64,000 nt of DNA from an uncultured Acidimicrobiia bacterium (GCA_963836205.1 CAWIIV010000013.1:16087-80086), one strand, 5' to 3'. Counted from the first letter of the stretch, positions 28,894 to 39,923 are shown. Translations and numbers: made by a program. Notes: a model not told the origin generated them from the letters alone.

Positions 28894-30228
28894 GTGAGCA
28901 CCGACGCGATCATGGTGATGGCGATCTTCGCCCTGATCGGCATGGCCTCGGTGCTGGCCATCGCCGAGACGGCTCTCACCCGCACCAGCCGCATCCGGGC
29001 CCTCACCCTGGCCGAGGAGGGCAAGCGGGGGGCCAAGCAACTGCTGCGGCTGGTGGAGCACCCCGAGCGCTTCCTCAACCCGGTGCTGCTCCTCGTCCTG
29101 CTCTGCCACCTGGGCGCGGCGAGCATGGTCGGCGTCCTGGCCGAACGGTGGGCGGGCGCCCTGGGCGTGTTCCTGGCCGTCATCTTCGAGCTGGTCGTCA
29201 TCTTCGTGCTGGCCGAGGCGGTGCCCAAGACCTACGCCGTCCAGCACCCCGACCAGGCCGCCCTGCGGGTGGCGCCGATCATCGCCGCCATCGTCGCCTT
29301 CCCCCCGGTGCGGCTGCTGTCCCGGATACTGATCGGGCTGGCCAACATCCTCGTCCCCGGGCGGGGCCTCAAGCAGGGCCCGTTCGTGTCGGAGGAGGAA
29401 CTGCTGGCCACGGTCGACGTGGCCACCGAGGGCGAGGTGATCGAACGGGAGGAGCGCCGCCTCATCCACTCGATCATCGAGTTCGGCGACACCGTGGTGC
29501 GGGAGGTCATGGTCCCCCGGCCCGACATGGTGGCGGTGGAGGCCCGGGCATCGGTGGAGGACGCCCTGGAGGTGGCATTGGCCGCCGGCTACAGCCGCAT
29601 CCCCGTGTACGAGCTGGGCATCGACGACATCGTCGGCATCCTCTACACCAAGGACCTCATCCGTGCCTCCCACGACGGCAAGGGCGACGAGCCGGTGCGG
29701 GAGCTGGTGCGGGCGGCCAACTTCATCCCCGAGACCAAGAGGGTGGCCGAGCTGCTCCCGGAGATGCAGAAGCACAAGCAGCACCTGGCGATCGTGGTCG
29801 ACGAGCACGGCGGGGTGGCCGGGCTCGTCACCCTGGAGGACCTCATCGAGGAGCTGGTGGGCGAGATCGTCGACGAGTACGACGTGGAGGAGGCCCAGGT
29901 GGAGGACCTGGGCGGCGGCGAGTTCCGGGTCGACGCCCGCATGCCCATCGACGAGCTGGAGGACTTGATCCACATCGACCTCCCCGAGGGGGGCTACGAC
30001 ACGGTCGGTGGGCTGCTGCTCGACCTGCTCGGCCATGTCCCGGTGGTGGGGGAGAGCGTCGATTTCGACGGCCACCGCCTCACCGCCGAGAAGATGCAGG
30101 GGCGGCGCATCGGTCGCGTCCGCATCACCCCGCTCCACCGGGAGCCGGCGTCGGCTCCGGCGTCGGCGTCGGGGGCGGGATCGGGGTCGTCGGCCGACGG
30201 CGACGGCACGCAATCGGACGAGGGATGA
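28894..30228 (+). CDS. CNNM/CBS/CorC hemolysin-family protein
   Basis: AETAL, EAVPK, VMVPRPD, YSRIPV, VDEHGG, EDLIEELVGEI. Confidence 0.93.
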   Translation: MSTDAIMVMAIFALIGMASVLAIAETALTRTSRIRALTLAEEGKRGAKQLLRLVEHPERFLNPVLLLVLLCHLGAASMVGVLAERWAGALGVFLAVIFELVVIFVLAEAVPKTYAVQHPDQAALRVAPIIAAIVAFPPVRLLSRILIGLANILVPGRGLKQGPFVSEEELLATVDVATEGEVIEREERRLIHSIIEFGDTVVREVMVPRPDMVAVEARASVEDALEVALAAGYSRIPVYELGIDDIVGILYTKDLIRASHDGKGDEPVRELVRAANFIPETKRVAELLPEMQKHKQHLAIVVDEHGGVAGLVTLEDLIEELVGEIVDEYDVEEAQVEDLGGGEFRVDARMPIDELEDLIHIDLPEGGYDTVGGLLLDLLGHVPVVGESVDFDGHRLTAEKMQGRRIGRVRITPLHREPASAPASASGAGSGSSADGDGTQSDEG

Positions 30229-30238
30229 GGTCGGTCAC

Positions 30239-31075
30239 ATGAGATCTGGGTTCGCCACCCTCGTGGGGCGGCCCAACGTCGGCAAGTCCACCCTGCTCAA
30301 CGCCATCCTGGGCACCAAGGTGACGATCACCGCCACGGCCCCCCAGACCACGCGTACCGAGGTGAGGGGCGTCCTCAACCGCCCCGACGTGCAGGTGGTG
30401 TTCGTCGACACGCCCGGCATCCACAAGCCCAAGTCGGTGATGGGGGAGCGGCTCAACGCCACCGCCACCGGTGCCCTGTCGGAGGTCGACGTCCCCGTCC
30501 TGGTCATCGACGCCACCGCCCCGTTGGGCAAGGGCGACCGCTTCGTCGCCTCCCGGCTGCCGTCGGGGGCGATCTGCGTGGTCAACAAGGTCGACGCCGC
30601 CACCCAGCACGAGGTCCTCTCCCAGCTCACCAAGGCCGGTGAGCTGGAGCTGTCGGCCTACTACCCGGTTTCGGCTCGCACCGGCGAAGGGGTGGAAGTG
30701 CTGGTCAGCGCCATCATCGAGCGCATGCCCGAGGGTCCGCAGTACTACCCGGACGGGATGATCACCGACGCCGGCGACGGCTTCTGGGTGTCGGAGCTGG
30801 TGCGGGAGGAGCTGCTGAAGGTGGTGCGGGAGGAGATGCCCCACTCCATCGCCTGCCGGGTGACGGAGTGGGAATGGCCCCGGATCCGCTGCGAGATCCT
30901 GGTCGAGCGGGAGTCGCAGAAGGGCATCGTCATCGGCAAGGGCGGCCTCGTGCTCAAGCAGGTCGGCCAGGCGGTTCGGGCCCAGCTCGACCCCGGCGCC
31001 TACCTGGAGCTGGTGGTGAAGGTCGACAAGGACTGGCAGCGCCGCCCCGCCGCCCTCGACCGCCTGGGGTACTGA
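30239..31075 (+). CDS. era: GTPase Era
   Basis: [23 protein letters not shown] domain [11 protein letters not shown]. Confidence 0.96.
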   Translation: MRSGFATLVGRPNVGKSTLLNAILGTKVTITATAPQTTRTEVRGVLNRPDVQVVFVDTPGIHKPKSVMGERLNATATGALSEVDVPVLVIDATAPLGKGDRFVASRLPSGAICVVNKVDAATQHEVLSQLTKAGELELSAYYPVSARTGEGVEVLVSAIIERMPEGPQYYPDGMITDAGDGFWVSELVREELLKVVREEMPHSIACRVTEWEWPRIRCEILVERESQKGIVIGKGGLVLKQVGQAVRAQLDPGAYLELVVKVDKDWQRRPAALDRLGY

Positions 31076-31081
31076 GCGGGG

Positions 31082-31825
31082 TTACTCCGCCGCCTGCTCG
31101 AGGACCACGCTCGACACGAGGCTCAGCCCCGCGATCACCGCGAGCATCGCGGGCAGGCTCTGGAACGGCACGACCCGGACGCCCACGGCCTGGTTGGACA
31201 GGGTGCGCAACGAGGACGCAAGTGTCACCAGCGGCAGCGAGAGCAGGAGCGTCCCGAAGGTGGCGATGAGGGCCAGGGAGGGGCCGCGGAGCTCCGACGG
31301 GCGCCGGTAGGCGATGGTGACGGTCGCCAGGACGGAGGTGAGGGCGCCGACGGCCGGCGTCGCCGCTAACAGGAGGAGGAGGTTTGCGTCGTTGCGGGCG
31401 GCCACTGCGGGGTCGTCGTCGGACGAGCTCACGTGGGTGATCTCGACGAGCGACCGGGGCGGCGGGGTCGACGGATCGGCCGCCGCCAGCATCAGGTGAT
31501 AGACGCCGAAGAGGAGGCAGGCGAGGATGCCGAACGCGGTTGCCGCCGCGCCCGTGCAGGCGGCGGCCGCCATCGGCGAGGAGACACCCTCGGCGTCCCC
31601 TCGACCGTCCCATCGCAGCCGCACCGCGACGGCGGCCGTCGCAGCACCCAGCAGGACCGCCAGCGTGGTGGCCATCGCCACCCATCCACCGGCATCGGCG
31701 GCCGAGGCGGGCGTTTCGGTGAGCTGGCGGGTGACCGGCCGGCCGCACGCGCCGGTAGCGAGACCGAAGAGCACCGCCGCCGGGCCGACGACCCAGATCC
31801 GCCGCCGTTGCCCCGAGTGCCGCAT
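31082..31825 (-). CDS. Hypothetical membrane protein
   Basis: Multiple hydrophobic helices. Confidence 0.55.
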   Translation of the reverse strand: MRHSGQRRRIWVVGPAAVLFGLATGACGRPVTRQLTETPASAADAGGWVAMATTLAVLLGAATAAVAVRLRWDGRGDAEGVSSPMAAAACTGAAATAFGILACLLFGVYHLMLAAADPSTPPPRSLVEITHVSSSDDDPAVAARNDANLLLLLAATPAVGALTSVLATVTIAYRRPSELRGPSLALIATFGTLLLSLPLVTLASSLRTLSNQAVGVRVVPFQSLPAMLAVIAGLSLVSSVVLEQAAE

Positions 31826-31888
31826 CCCAGACGTGGACCACCGGGCCGCAGCGTCGGTTACATCGGCCGACCGGGCCGGCGGCGGTTC

Positions 31889-32293
31889 CTACTCGGGATC
31901 GGGGGGCCGGCCTCGGAGGCGTTTGCGCTCGGACGTGCGCCGTTTGGACTCGAGGCGACGGGTCTTGGCGCCCTTGGACGGCCGGGTCGGCACCCGGGGG
32001 CGGTCGGTCTTGAGGGCCTCGGCCAGGCGGGCGGCGAGGCGGGAAAGGGCCAGCTCGCGGTTCCGGAGTTGGGAGCGTTCGTCGTCGGCGACCACCCGGA
32101 CGACCGGGCCGAGCTTCTCCAGGAGGCGGGCCCGTTGGCGGGGGCCGAGGGAGGGGGAGTTGGCCACGTCGAAGCGGACCTCGGCCCGGGTGTTCGACGT
32201 GTTGGCGTGCTGGCCGCCGGGGCCGCCGGAGGAGGAGAAGCGCCACTCCAGCTCGTCGAGGGGGATCCGGCAGCTCCGGCTGACGACGAGCAT
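31889..32293 (-). CDS. arfB: Ribosome rescue peptidyl-tRNA hydrolase ArfB
   Basis: [17 protein letters not shown], basic tail [15 protein letters not shown]. Confidence 0.93.
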   Translation of the reverse strand: MLVVSRSCRIPLDELEWRFSSSGGPGGQHANTSNTRAEVRFDVANSPSLGPRQRARLLEKLGPVVRVVADDERSQLRNRELALSRLAARLAEALKTDRPRVPTRPSKGAKTRRLESKRRTSERKRLRGRPPDPE

Positions 32294-32324
32294 CGGGACC
32301 CGACCGTACCGGCTGGTACCATTT

Positions 32325-32427
32325 GACGAGCGCTTGGGCGACTGCCAGGCGCGTCCGCAATCGGCTCGTGCCCTGGGTCAACTTCCCTGGGTGCCACGCC
32401 GGGGACGAGGAAGATCACAGCAAGCGT
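32325..32427 (+). promoter_or_regulatory. Structured rpsO 5' leader (candidate S15 autoregulatory RNA)
   Basis: ~100-nt leader after the -10-like TACCAT; S15 leaders are known in Actinobacteria; fold not verified. Confidence 0.4.
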
Positions 32428-32685
32428 ATGCCCGACAAAACCGCCACCATCGGCGAGTACCGGCTCCACGACACCGACACCGGGTCCCCCGAGGTTCAGG
32501 TCGCGCTCCTCACCGAGCGGATCAACCACCTCACCGGGCACCTGCGGGACCACAAGAAAGACCATCACGGTCGGCGTGGCCTGTTGATGATGGTGGGCCG
32601 CCGTCGCCGCCTTCTCGACTACGTGAAGGCGAACGACGTCGAGCGCTACCGGGCTCTCATTGCCCGGCTCGGCCTGCGCCGGTAA
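32428..32685 (+). CDS. rpsO: 30S ribosomal protein S15
   Basis: [24 protein letters not shown]. Confidence 0.98.
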   Translation: MPDKTATIGEYRLHDTDTGSPEVQVALLTERINHLTGHLRDHKKDHHGRRGLLMMVGRRRRLLDYVKANDVERYRALIARLGLRR

Positions 32686-32881
32686 CTCGCACTGAAGAGC
32701 GTCCCACCCACATGTTCGGGTGCCGCTGTTCGCATTTTCTCAAGCCAACACCAGAAGGGGCGACCGAGTCAGCTGCCAGTCGCCAGCTCCCCGGGCCGAG
32801 ACCGTCGCTCGGGTGGCTGACAACTGGGAACTGGCCTTCGCTCCGGACAACGCCTCCAACGAGGCAAAGGAGCGACACACA

Positions 32882-35392
32882 ATGACGGAACCTGTTTCCG
32901 TTTCGTCCCCGATCAGCGGGACCGACAAGACCATGTCCTTCCAGGCCGGCAAGCTGGCGCAGCTGGCCGACGGGGCGGTCCTCGCCCAGCTGGGCGACAC
33001 CATGGTGCTCTGCACCGCCACCGCATCCCGCAGCGTGCGTGAAGGGGTCGATTTCTTCCCCCTCACCGTCGACATCGAGGAGCGGATGTACGCCGCCGGC
33101 AAGATACCGGGCTCGTTCTTCCGCCGGGAGGGCCGGGCCACCGACCAGGCCATCCTCACCTGCCGCCTGCTCGACCGGCCGCTGCGGCCCTCGTTCCCCG
33201 AGGGCTTCCGCAACGAGGTCCACATCGTGGGCACCATCCTGGGCGCCGACCAGGAGAACCCGCACGACGTGCTGGCCATCAACGGCGCCTCGGCGGCCCT
33301 GATGATCTCCGGCATCCCTTTCGACGGCCCCATCGGGGCGGTCCGGGTGGCCTTCACCGCCTCCGGCGAGTGGATCCCGCACCCGACCTACCAGGACGGC
33401 GACGAGTCCACCTTCGAGCTGGTCGTGGCCGGCCGGGCCCTCGACGCCGATGCCGACGGTGAATCGGACATCGCCATCATGATGGTGGAGGCCGGTGGCA
33501 CCGAGGACGCCTGGCGCATCTACGAGGACGGCGCCCCCAAGGTGACCGAGGAGGTCATCGCCCAGGGGCTGGAGGCGGCCAAGACCTGGATCAGGGAGTC
33601 GATCGACGCCCAGAACGACCTGGTCGCCAAGTTCGGCCAGAAGCCGCCGGTGCCCTACGTGCCCCAGGTCGACTATGCCGACGACGTCTACCAGCGGGTG
33701 GTCGAGGTCGGCGCCGAGCGCATCGCCGAGGCCAGCGCCATCTCCAGCAAGGCCGAGCGCAACCTGGCCACCGACGCCGCCATCGCCGCCATCAAGGACG
33801 AGCTCAAGGCCGAGTTCGAGGGCCGCGACAAGGAGATCAAGGCCGCGGTCAAGGCCCTCCAGAAGCGGATCGTGCGCAGGCGCATCGTCGAGGAGGGCAT
33901 GCGCATCGACGGCCGGGGCCCCACCGAGATCCGGCCCCTCTCGGCCGAGATCGGCCTCATCCCCACCGCCCACGGCTCCGGCCTCTTCCAGCGGGGCGAG
34001 ACCCAGGTCCTCTCGGTGGCCACCCTGGGCATGCCCCGCATGGAGCAGATGCTCGACACGATCGGCATCGACGACTCCAAGCGCTACATGCACCACTACA
34101 ACATGGCCCCCTTCGCCACCGGCGAGACCGGGTTCATGCGGGGCCCGAAGCGTCGGGAGATCGGCCACGGCCTGCTGGCCGAGCGGGCCCTCCTGCCCGT
34201 CGTCCCCCCGATCGACGAGTTCCCGTACACGTTGCGGGTCGTCTCCGACTGCATGTCGTCCAACGGCTCCACGTCGATGGCGTCGGTCTGCGGCTCCACC
34301 CTGTCGCTGATGGACGCGGGTGTGCCCATCAAGGCGCCGGTGGCCGGCATCGCCATGGGCCTGGTGTTCGCCGAGGGCAAATACACGACCCTCACCGACA
34401 TCCTGGGCGCCGAGGACGCGTTCGGCGACATGGACTTCAAGGTCGCGGGCACGGCCGACTTCGTGACGGCCCTCCAGCTCGACACCAAGATCGCCGGCAT
34501 CCCCGCCGACGTGCTCGGCAAGGCCCTCCAGCAGGCCTACGAGGCCCGGATGAAGGTCCTCGACGTCATGCTGGCCACGATCGCCGAGCCCCGGCCCGAG
34601 GTCAACGACACCGCCCCCAAGATCATCAGCTTCGAGATCCCGATGGACAAGATCGGTGAGGTCATCGGTCCCAAGGGCAAGGTCATCAACGCCATGCAGC
34701 AGGAGACCGGCGCCGACATCAACGTCGACGACGACGGCCAGGTGGGCACGGTCACCATCGGGGCCAAGGACGGGGCTGCGGTCAACGAGGCCCGTCGCCG
34801 CATCGAGCTGATCCTCGACCCGCCCCGGGCCAACGTGGGCGACGTCTACACCGGCAAGGTGGTCAACATCACCAAGTTCGGCGCCTTCGTCAACATCCTC
34901 CCCGGCCGCGACGGCCTGGTCCACATCTCCAAGCTGGGCCGGGGCAAGCGGGTCGAGCGGGTGGAGGACGTGGTCTCCCTCGGCGACGACATCATCGTGC
35001 GGGTCGACGACGTCGACCCCCAGGGCAAGGTCGCCCTCTCCCCGGTGGGCGAGGACGGCGAGGTGGCCCCCTCCAACGGCGACGACCGTCCGGCGCGCGC
35101 CGAGCGGTCCGACCGGGGTGACCGGGGTGACCGGGGTGATCGCGACCGGGGTGACCGGGGCGACCGTCCCGAGCGGGCGCCTCGTGAGGAGCGGCCGGCG
35201 GCCGACTCGTCGGGCCGGGAGTTCGTCTCCTTCGAGGAGGCGTTCGATTCCGAGGCCAAGTCGAAGTTCGGCGACCTGGGCCCGGCCGAGGTGGTCACCG
35301 GTGGCGGCGGTGGCGACGGCGGCGGTCCCCGACGCAACCGCGACCGCGACCGTCGACCCGGCCGCAGTGGTGGTGGCGGCGGTCGGCGGTAG
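32882..35392 (+). CDS. pnp: Polynucleotide phosphorylase
   Basis: FFRREG, RIDGR, SNGSTSMAS, GDMDFK, KH and S1 domains; RGD-repeat tail. Confidence 0.98.
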   Translation: MTEPVSVSSPISGTDKTMSFQAGKLAQLADGAVLAQLGDTMVLCTATASRSVREGVDFFPLTVDIEERMYAAGKIPGSFFRREGRATDQAILTCRLLDRPLRPSFPEGFRNEVHIVGTILGADQENPHDVLAINGASAALMISGIPFDGPIGAVRVAFTASGEWIPHPTYQDGDESTFELVVAGRALDADADGESDIAIMMVEAGGTEDAWRIYEDGAPKVTEEVIAQGLEAAKTWIRESIDAQNDLVAKFGQKPPVPYVPQVDYADDVYQRVVEVGAERIAEASAISSKAERNLATDAAIAAIKDELKAEFEGRDKEIKAAVKALQKRIVRRRIVEEGMRIDGRGPTEIRPLSAEIGLIPTAHGSGLFQRGETQVLSVATLGMPRMEQMLDTIGIDDSKRYMHHYNMAPFATGETGFMRGPKRREIGHGLLAERALLPVVPPIDEFPYTLRVVSDCMSSNGSTSMASVCGSTLSLMDAGVPIKAPVAGIAMGLVFAEGKYTTLTDILGAEDAFGDMDFKVAGTADFVTALQLDTKIAGIPADVLGKALQQAYEARMKVLDVMLATIAEPRPEVNDTAPKIISFEIPMDKIGEVIGPKGKVINAMQQETGADINVDDDGQVGTVTIGAKDGAAVNEARRRIELILDPPRANVGDVYTGKVVNITKFGAFVNILPGRDGLVHISKLGRGKRVERVEDVVSLGDDIIVRVDDVDPQGKVALSPVGEDGEVAPSNGDDRPARAERSDRGDRGDRGDRDRGDRGDRPERAPREERPAADSSGREFVSFEEAFDSEAKSKFGDLGPAEVVTGGGGGDGGGPRRNRDRDRRPGRSGGGGGRR

Positions 35393-35396
35393 TCGC

Positions 35397-36644
35397 TTGC
35401 TCCGCACCTCCCGCCTCGACAGCGGCCTGCAGGTCGTCACCGAGGCCATGCCCGACTCGCACTCCGTCACGCTGGGGTTCTGGGTCGACGCCGGGTCCCG
35501 TGACGAGACCCCGGTCGAGGCGGGAGCGTCGCATTTCCTCGAGCACCTGCTGTTCAAGGGCACCGACACCCGCAGCGCCAAGGACATCGCCGAGTCGATA
35601 GAGGCGGTGGGGGGCGACATGAACGCCTTCACCACCAAGGAGTACACCGCGTACTACACGCGGCTGCTCGACGAAGACGTCGAGCTCGGCCTCGACATCC
35701 TGTGCGACATCATGGACTCGCCCGCCTTCCGGGGCGACGAGGTCGACGCCGAGCGCCAGGTGATCCTCGAAGAGATCAACATGAACGACGACGAGCCGTC
35801 CGACCTGGTGCACGAGGTGTTCCACCAGGCGGTCTTCCCCGACCACCCCCTGGGCCGGGAGGTGTTGGGGGAGCGGTCGACGATCACGGCCATGACGCCG
35901 GAGCAGATCAGGTCGTACTTCAACACCCGCTACCGGCCGCCGAAGATGGTGCTGGCCGCGGCCGGCAACGTCGACCACGACCTGGTGGTGGCAGGGGTCG
36001 ACCGCCGCTTCGGGGGCCGTCCGGGCGATGCCCCGGCCCGGGTCGTCCCCGGCCTGGCCCCGGCCCGGCGGTTGGGCGTCGTCCGCCGGAAGACGGAGCA
36101 GGCCCACATCATCGTAGGGATGCGCTCGCTCACCCGGGGCGACGACGACCGCTACGCGCTGGCGGTGCTGAACCAGATCGTCGGCGGGGGCATGTCGAGC
36201 CGGCTGTTCCAGGAGATCCGGGAGAAGCGGGGGCTGGTGTACTCCGTGTACTCGTATCCGGCCGCCTACATGGAGACGGGCGCCTTCGCCATCTACGCCG
36301 GCACCGCCCCCGGGCGGGCGCGCCAGGTGCTCGACCTCATCGACCTCGAGCTCGACAAGCTGGTGGCCGACGGGATCACCGACCGGGAGCTGGCCGTGGC
36401 CAAGGGCCATCTCAAGGGGTCGCTGGCGTTGTCGCTCGAGGACTCGGCCGGGCGCATGAACCGCATCGGGCGCAGCCAGCTGTTGCACGGCGAGGTCGTC
36501 CCCTTCGCCGAGTTGGTGGCCCGCACCGAGGCCGTCGGCCACGACGACGTCCGCCGGGTGATCGACCGGGTCCTCGGCAACGAGCGCACCCTCGCCGTCG
36601 TCGGCCCCTTCTCCGAGGACGACTTCGCCGAACGGGTGGCCTAG
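35397..36644 (+). CDS. M16 family zinc peptidase
   Basis: HFLEH, NAFT, GGGMSSRLFQEIRE; typical pnp-dapB position. Confidence 0.94.
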   Translation: MLRTSRLDSGLQVVTEAMPDSHSVTLGFWVDAGSRDETPVEAGASHFLEHLLFKGTDTRSAKDIAESIEAVGGDMNAFTTKEYTAYYTRLLDEDVELGLDILCDIMDSPAFRGDEVDAERQVILEEINMNDDEPSDLVHEVFHQAVFPDHPLGREVLGERSTITAMTPEQIRSYFNTRYRPPKMVLAAAGNVDHDLVVAGVDRRFGGRPGDAPARVVPGLAPARRLGVVRRKTEQAHIIVGMRSLTRGDDDRYALAVLNQIVGGGMSSRLFQEIREKRGLVYSVYSYPAAYMETGAFAIYAGTAPGRARQVLDLIDLELDKLVADGITDRELAVAKGHLKGSLALSLEDSAGRMNRIGRSQLLHGEVVPFAELVARTEAVGHDDVRRVIDRVLGNERTLAVVGPFSEDDFAERVA

Positions 36645-36648
36645 AGCG

Positions 36649-36696
36649 AACCGGTGACGTTTTTCGGGGCCAGGACCCCGGGATCTGTCACCAGTT
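36649..36696. repeat. 48-nt palindromic element, degenerate intergenic copy
   Basis: aaccggtgacgttttt...caggacc...gtcaccagtt; resembles 46788-46835. Confidence 0.75.
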
Positions 36697-36717
36697 GGCG
36701 GAAGTAGGGTCACCGGC

Positions 36718-37509
36718 GTGACGATCAAGGTCGGAGTCTTCGGCGCCGGGGGGCGGATGGGGTCCACCGTGTGCCGCGCCGTGGTCGGGGATCCGGGGCT
36801 GGAGCTGGTGGCCGGGGTCGACCCGCTCCACGCAGGTATAGACCTGCGCAAGGTCACCGGCGCACCTGTCGGCGGGCTGCAGATGTCGCCCGACGCCGAC
36901 GCCATCCTGCAGGCAGGCGCCACCGTCGCCGTCGACTTCACCCACGTCGACGCGGCCCGGGAGAACCTCGCCTGGTGCGCGGAGAACGGAATCCACGCGG
37001 TGGTCGGCACCACCGGGTGGCTGCCCGACGACCTCGACCGGCTGGCGGCCATGTTCACCAGGAGCAACTGCTTCGTCGCCCCCAACTTCGCCATCGGCGC
37101 GGTCCTGATGATGCGCTTCGCCGAGATCGCGGCGCCGTGGTTCGAGACGGCCGAGATCATCGAGCTCCACCACGACCAGAAGGTCGACGCCCCGTCGGGG
37201 ACGGCCATCCTCACCGCCGAGCGCATGGCCGCCCGGTCGTCGGACTGGGCCGCCGACCCCACCGAGCGCACCGTGGTCGAGGGTGCCCGGGGCGGCGCCG
37301 GGCCGGCGGGCATCCGGGTCCACTCGGTGCGCCTGCGGGGGCTGGTGGCCCACCAGGAGGTCCTCCTGGGCACCACCGGCCAGAGCCTGTCGATCCGCCA
37401 CGACTCCTACGACCGCGACTCCTTCATGCCCGGCGTGCTCCTGGCGGTCAAGGCGGTGGCCGACCACCCGGGCCTGACGGTCGGCCTCGACACCCTGCTC
37501 GATCTGTAG
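36718..37509 (+). CDS. dapB: 4-hydroxy-tetrahydrodipicolinate reductase
   Basis: GAGGRMG, GTTG, APNFAIG, ELHHDQKVDAPSGTA. Confidence 0.97.
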   Translation: MTIKVGVFGAGGRMGSTVCRAVVGDPGLELVAGVDPLHAGIDLRKVTGAPVGGLQMSPDADAILQAGATVAVDFTHVDAARENLAWCAENGIHAVVGTTGWLPDDLDRLAAMFTRSNCFVAPNFAIGAVLMMRFAEIAAPWFETAEIIELHHDQKVDAPSGTAILTAERMAARSSDWAADPTERTVVEGARGGAGPAGIRVHSVRLRGLVAHQEVLLGTTGQSLSIRHDSYDRDSFMPGVLLAVKAVADHPGLTVGLDTLLDL

Positions 37510-37535
37510 GCGGGGAGTCGCGGTCGCGCGGAGAC

Positions 37536-38336
37536 CTAAACGGCCAGGTGGTGGAGGGCGATGGCGGCGGCTGTCGCCACGTTCACGGAGTCGACCCCGG
37601 ACGCCATCGTGATTCGGACCTGGCGGTCGGCGGCCCTCAACGCCGCCGCCGACAGGCCGGGGCCTTCGGCGCCGACCAGAAGGGCTCTCCGGACGCCCGT
37701 CGCCGGCGGCGGCAAGGTGCGGAGGTCGTCGGCGTCGTCGGACGGGGTGAGGGCCAGGACCTCGATGCCTCGGGCCTGGAGCCGAGCGATGGCGACCGAC
37801 GGCCAGTCCTCCATCCGGGCGAACGGGATGCGGAGGACGTGGCCTGACGAGACCCGGACCGAGCGGCGGTAGAGGGGGTCGGCGGTGGTGGGGTCGAGGA
37901 GGACGGCGTCGACGCCGAAGGCGGCCGCGTTGCGGAACAGGGCGCCCAGGTTCTCGTGGTCGTTCACGCCCTCGACCAGCAGGAGCCGAGTCGCCCCCGC
38001 CACCACCTCAGACGGGTCGAGCAGCGGGGCCCGGTCGGCGACGGCCAGCGCCCCCCGGTGGAAGTGGAAGCCGGCGATGGCCTCCATCACCTCCTGGGTG
38101 GCCACGTAGACGGGCGCGTCGACCCCGGCCATCAGCGGCTCCAGCGTCCGGAGGCCCCGCTCGGTGACGAGGAACGACCGCACCCGGTACCGCGACCGGA
38201 CGAGCTGCTCGATGACCAGCACCCCTTCGGCGACGAAGATCCCGCCCTCGATCCGCCGGCGGGCTTCGGCGTCGGACAACCCCACGTAGTCCGCCACCAG
38301 TGGATCGGCCGGGTCGACGATCGGTGTATGGGCCAT
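37536..38336 (-). CDS. TrmH/SpoU RNA methyltransferase
   Basis: NLGALFRNA, GAEGPGL, DSVNVATA. Confidence 0.92.
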   Translation of the reverse strand: MAHTPIVDPADPLVADYVGLSDAEARRRIEGGIFVAEGVLVIEQLVRSRYRVRSFLVTERGLRTLEPLMAGVDAPVYVATQEVMEAIAGFHFHRGALAVADRAPLLDPSEVVAGATRLLLVEGVNDHENLGALFRNAAAFGVDAVLLDPTTADPLYRRSVRVSSGHVLRIPFARMEDWPSVAIARLQARGIEVLALTPSDDADDLRTLPPPATGVRRALLVGAEGPGLSAAALRAADRQVRITMASGVDSVNVATAAAIALHHLAV

Positions 38337-38451
38337 TTGGACCAGTTTCACAACCCTCGGCCAACTCTCTCTACAGGCATCTTGGCGATGAGCCGATTAC
38401 TTACGCATACCAAGGTTCAGTAAAGAAACTGTTAATCGAGAGCGAGGCGAC

Positions 38452-39108
38452 ATGTTCCCTAGGACGAGACAAGGAATGGGTCTCATGGGTTGGGCGGCGA
38501 CAGCCATCGTGACCCTGGCCGTGGCCGCCAGCGGCAGTGTGGTGGTACCCGGGTTGATCAACGCCGAGGAGCCGCCCCCGGGCGTCACCAGCGCTTCGGT
38601 CGAGGTCGTCACCCCCGTCGAGGCCCCGGCCGAGGTGGTCGCCGCCGCCGCCGCCGCTGCCGCTCCCGAGGTTGTCGCCGAAGTCGCCCCCGTGGTCGAG
38701 GTCGAGGTCACCACGCCCCCCACGACCCCCAAGCCCAAGGCCACCGCTGCCGTCACCACCGTGCCCGCCCCGGTCGTCACCGCCCCGCCGGTCACCGCCC
38801 CGCCCGTCACCGTGCCCGCCCTCGCCCCCCGCACCGTGCCCAGCGCGGCCCAGGTGCAGTCGGCCATCGCCGGGATCAGCAGCATGGTCCAGCTGCCCTT
38901 CTTCTTCCAGATCACGCCCGCCCACGTGGCTCAGGTCGGCAACCAGGTGTGCACCGCTTTCGACCAGGGCCAGACGTTCACCCAGGTCAAGGCCACCGGG
39001 CTCTCGATGGTCTCGGCCTACGTGCCGGTGTCGGCCGCCGCCGCCGACTACGCCGTGCGCACCGCGGTCTCCATGTACTGCCCGGCCTACGCATCCAAGC
39101 TCGTCTGA
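38452..39108 (+). CDS. Secreted Pro/Thr-rich protein with DUF732-like C-terminus
   Basis: Signal peptide; GNQVC...AVSMYCP. Confidence 0.7.
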   Translation: MFPRTRQGMGLMGWAATAIVTLAVAASGSVVVPGLINAEEPPPGVTSASVEVVTPVEAPAEVVAAAAAAAAPEVVAEVAPVVEVEVTTPPTTPKPKATAAVTTVPAPVVTAPPVTAPPVTVPALAPRTVPSAAQVQSAIAGISSMVQLPFFFQITPAHVAQVGNQVCTAFDQGQTFTQVKATGLSMVSAYVPVSAAAADYAVRTAVSMYCPAYASKLV

Positions 39109-39134
39109 GAATCTGAGAATCGGAGCCGATCGCC

Positions 39135-39923
39135 ATGACAATGCTTCTCACCGCCGGGCCCCTCACCGCCGCCGCTCCCCAGGAGGACTTCCTGGGCAGC
39201 CGCACCGCCGCTCACGTGGTTGACGCCACCAAGGTCTACGGGCGCAACGGGAACTCGGTGCGAGCCCTCGACGGGGTCGACCTGGAGATCGGTCGGGGCG
39301 AGTTCACCGCGATCATGGGCCCGTCGGGCTCGGGGAAGTCCACCCTGCTCCACTGCCTGGCCGGCCTCGACTCCCTCACCTTCGGACGGGTCTACATCGG
39401 CGACACCGAGCTCGGCTCCCTCGACGACAAGCGCCTCACCCGCCTGCGGCGCGACCGCATCGGCTTCGTCTTCCAGGCCTTCAACCTCCTGCCCACGCTC
39501 ACGGCGGCCGAGAACATCACCCTGCCCCTCGCCCTCGCCGGCAAGAAGGCGGACAAGGAGTGGTTCGACCGCATCGTCGACGTCATCGGCCTCCGTGACC
39601 GCCTCCACCACAGGCCCAACGAGCTCTCGGGCGGCCAGCAGCAGCGGGTGGCGGCGGCCCGGGCCCTCGTGACCCGGCCCGAGATCATCTTCGCCGACGA
39701 GCCCACGGGCAACCTCGACTCGCAGACCGGCGCCGACCTGCTCGCCTTCCTCCGCCTGGCGGTGGACGAGTTCGGCCAGACCATCGTCATGGTCACCCAC
39801 GACCCGGCCGCGGCCGCGGTGGCCGACCGCATCGTGTTCCTGAAGGACGGACGGGTGGTCGACGAGATGCTCGAGCCCACCGCCGACCGGGCCATCGACC
39901 ACATGAAGCGCCTCGGCGCCTAG
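39135..39923 (+). CDS. LolD/MacB-type ABC ATPase
   Basis: GPSGSGKS, LSGGQQQR, ADEPTGNLD. Confidence 0.93.
   Translation: MTMLLTAGPLTAAAPQEDFLGSRTAAHVVDATKVYGRNGNSVRALDGVDLEIGRGEFTAIMGPSGSGKSTLLHCLAGLDSLTFGRVYIGDTELGSLDDKRLTRLRRDRIGFVFQAFNLLPTLTAAENITLPLALAGKKADKEWFDRIVDVIGLRDRLHHRPNELSGGQQQRVAAARALVTRPEIIFADEPTGNLDSQTGADLLAFLRLAVDEFGQTIVMVTHDPAAAAVADRIVFLKDGRVVDEMLEPTADRAIDHMKRLGA

Noticed and set aside
38352-38451. Riboswitch in the AT-rich intergenic region
   Set aside because: No recognisable aptamer motif; probably divergent promoters.
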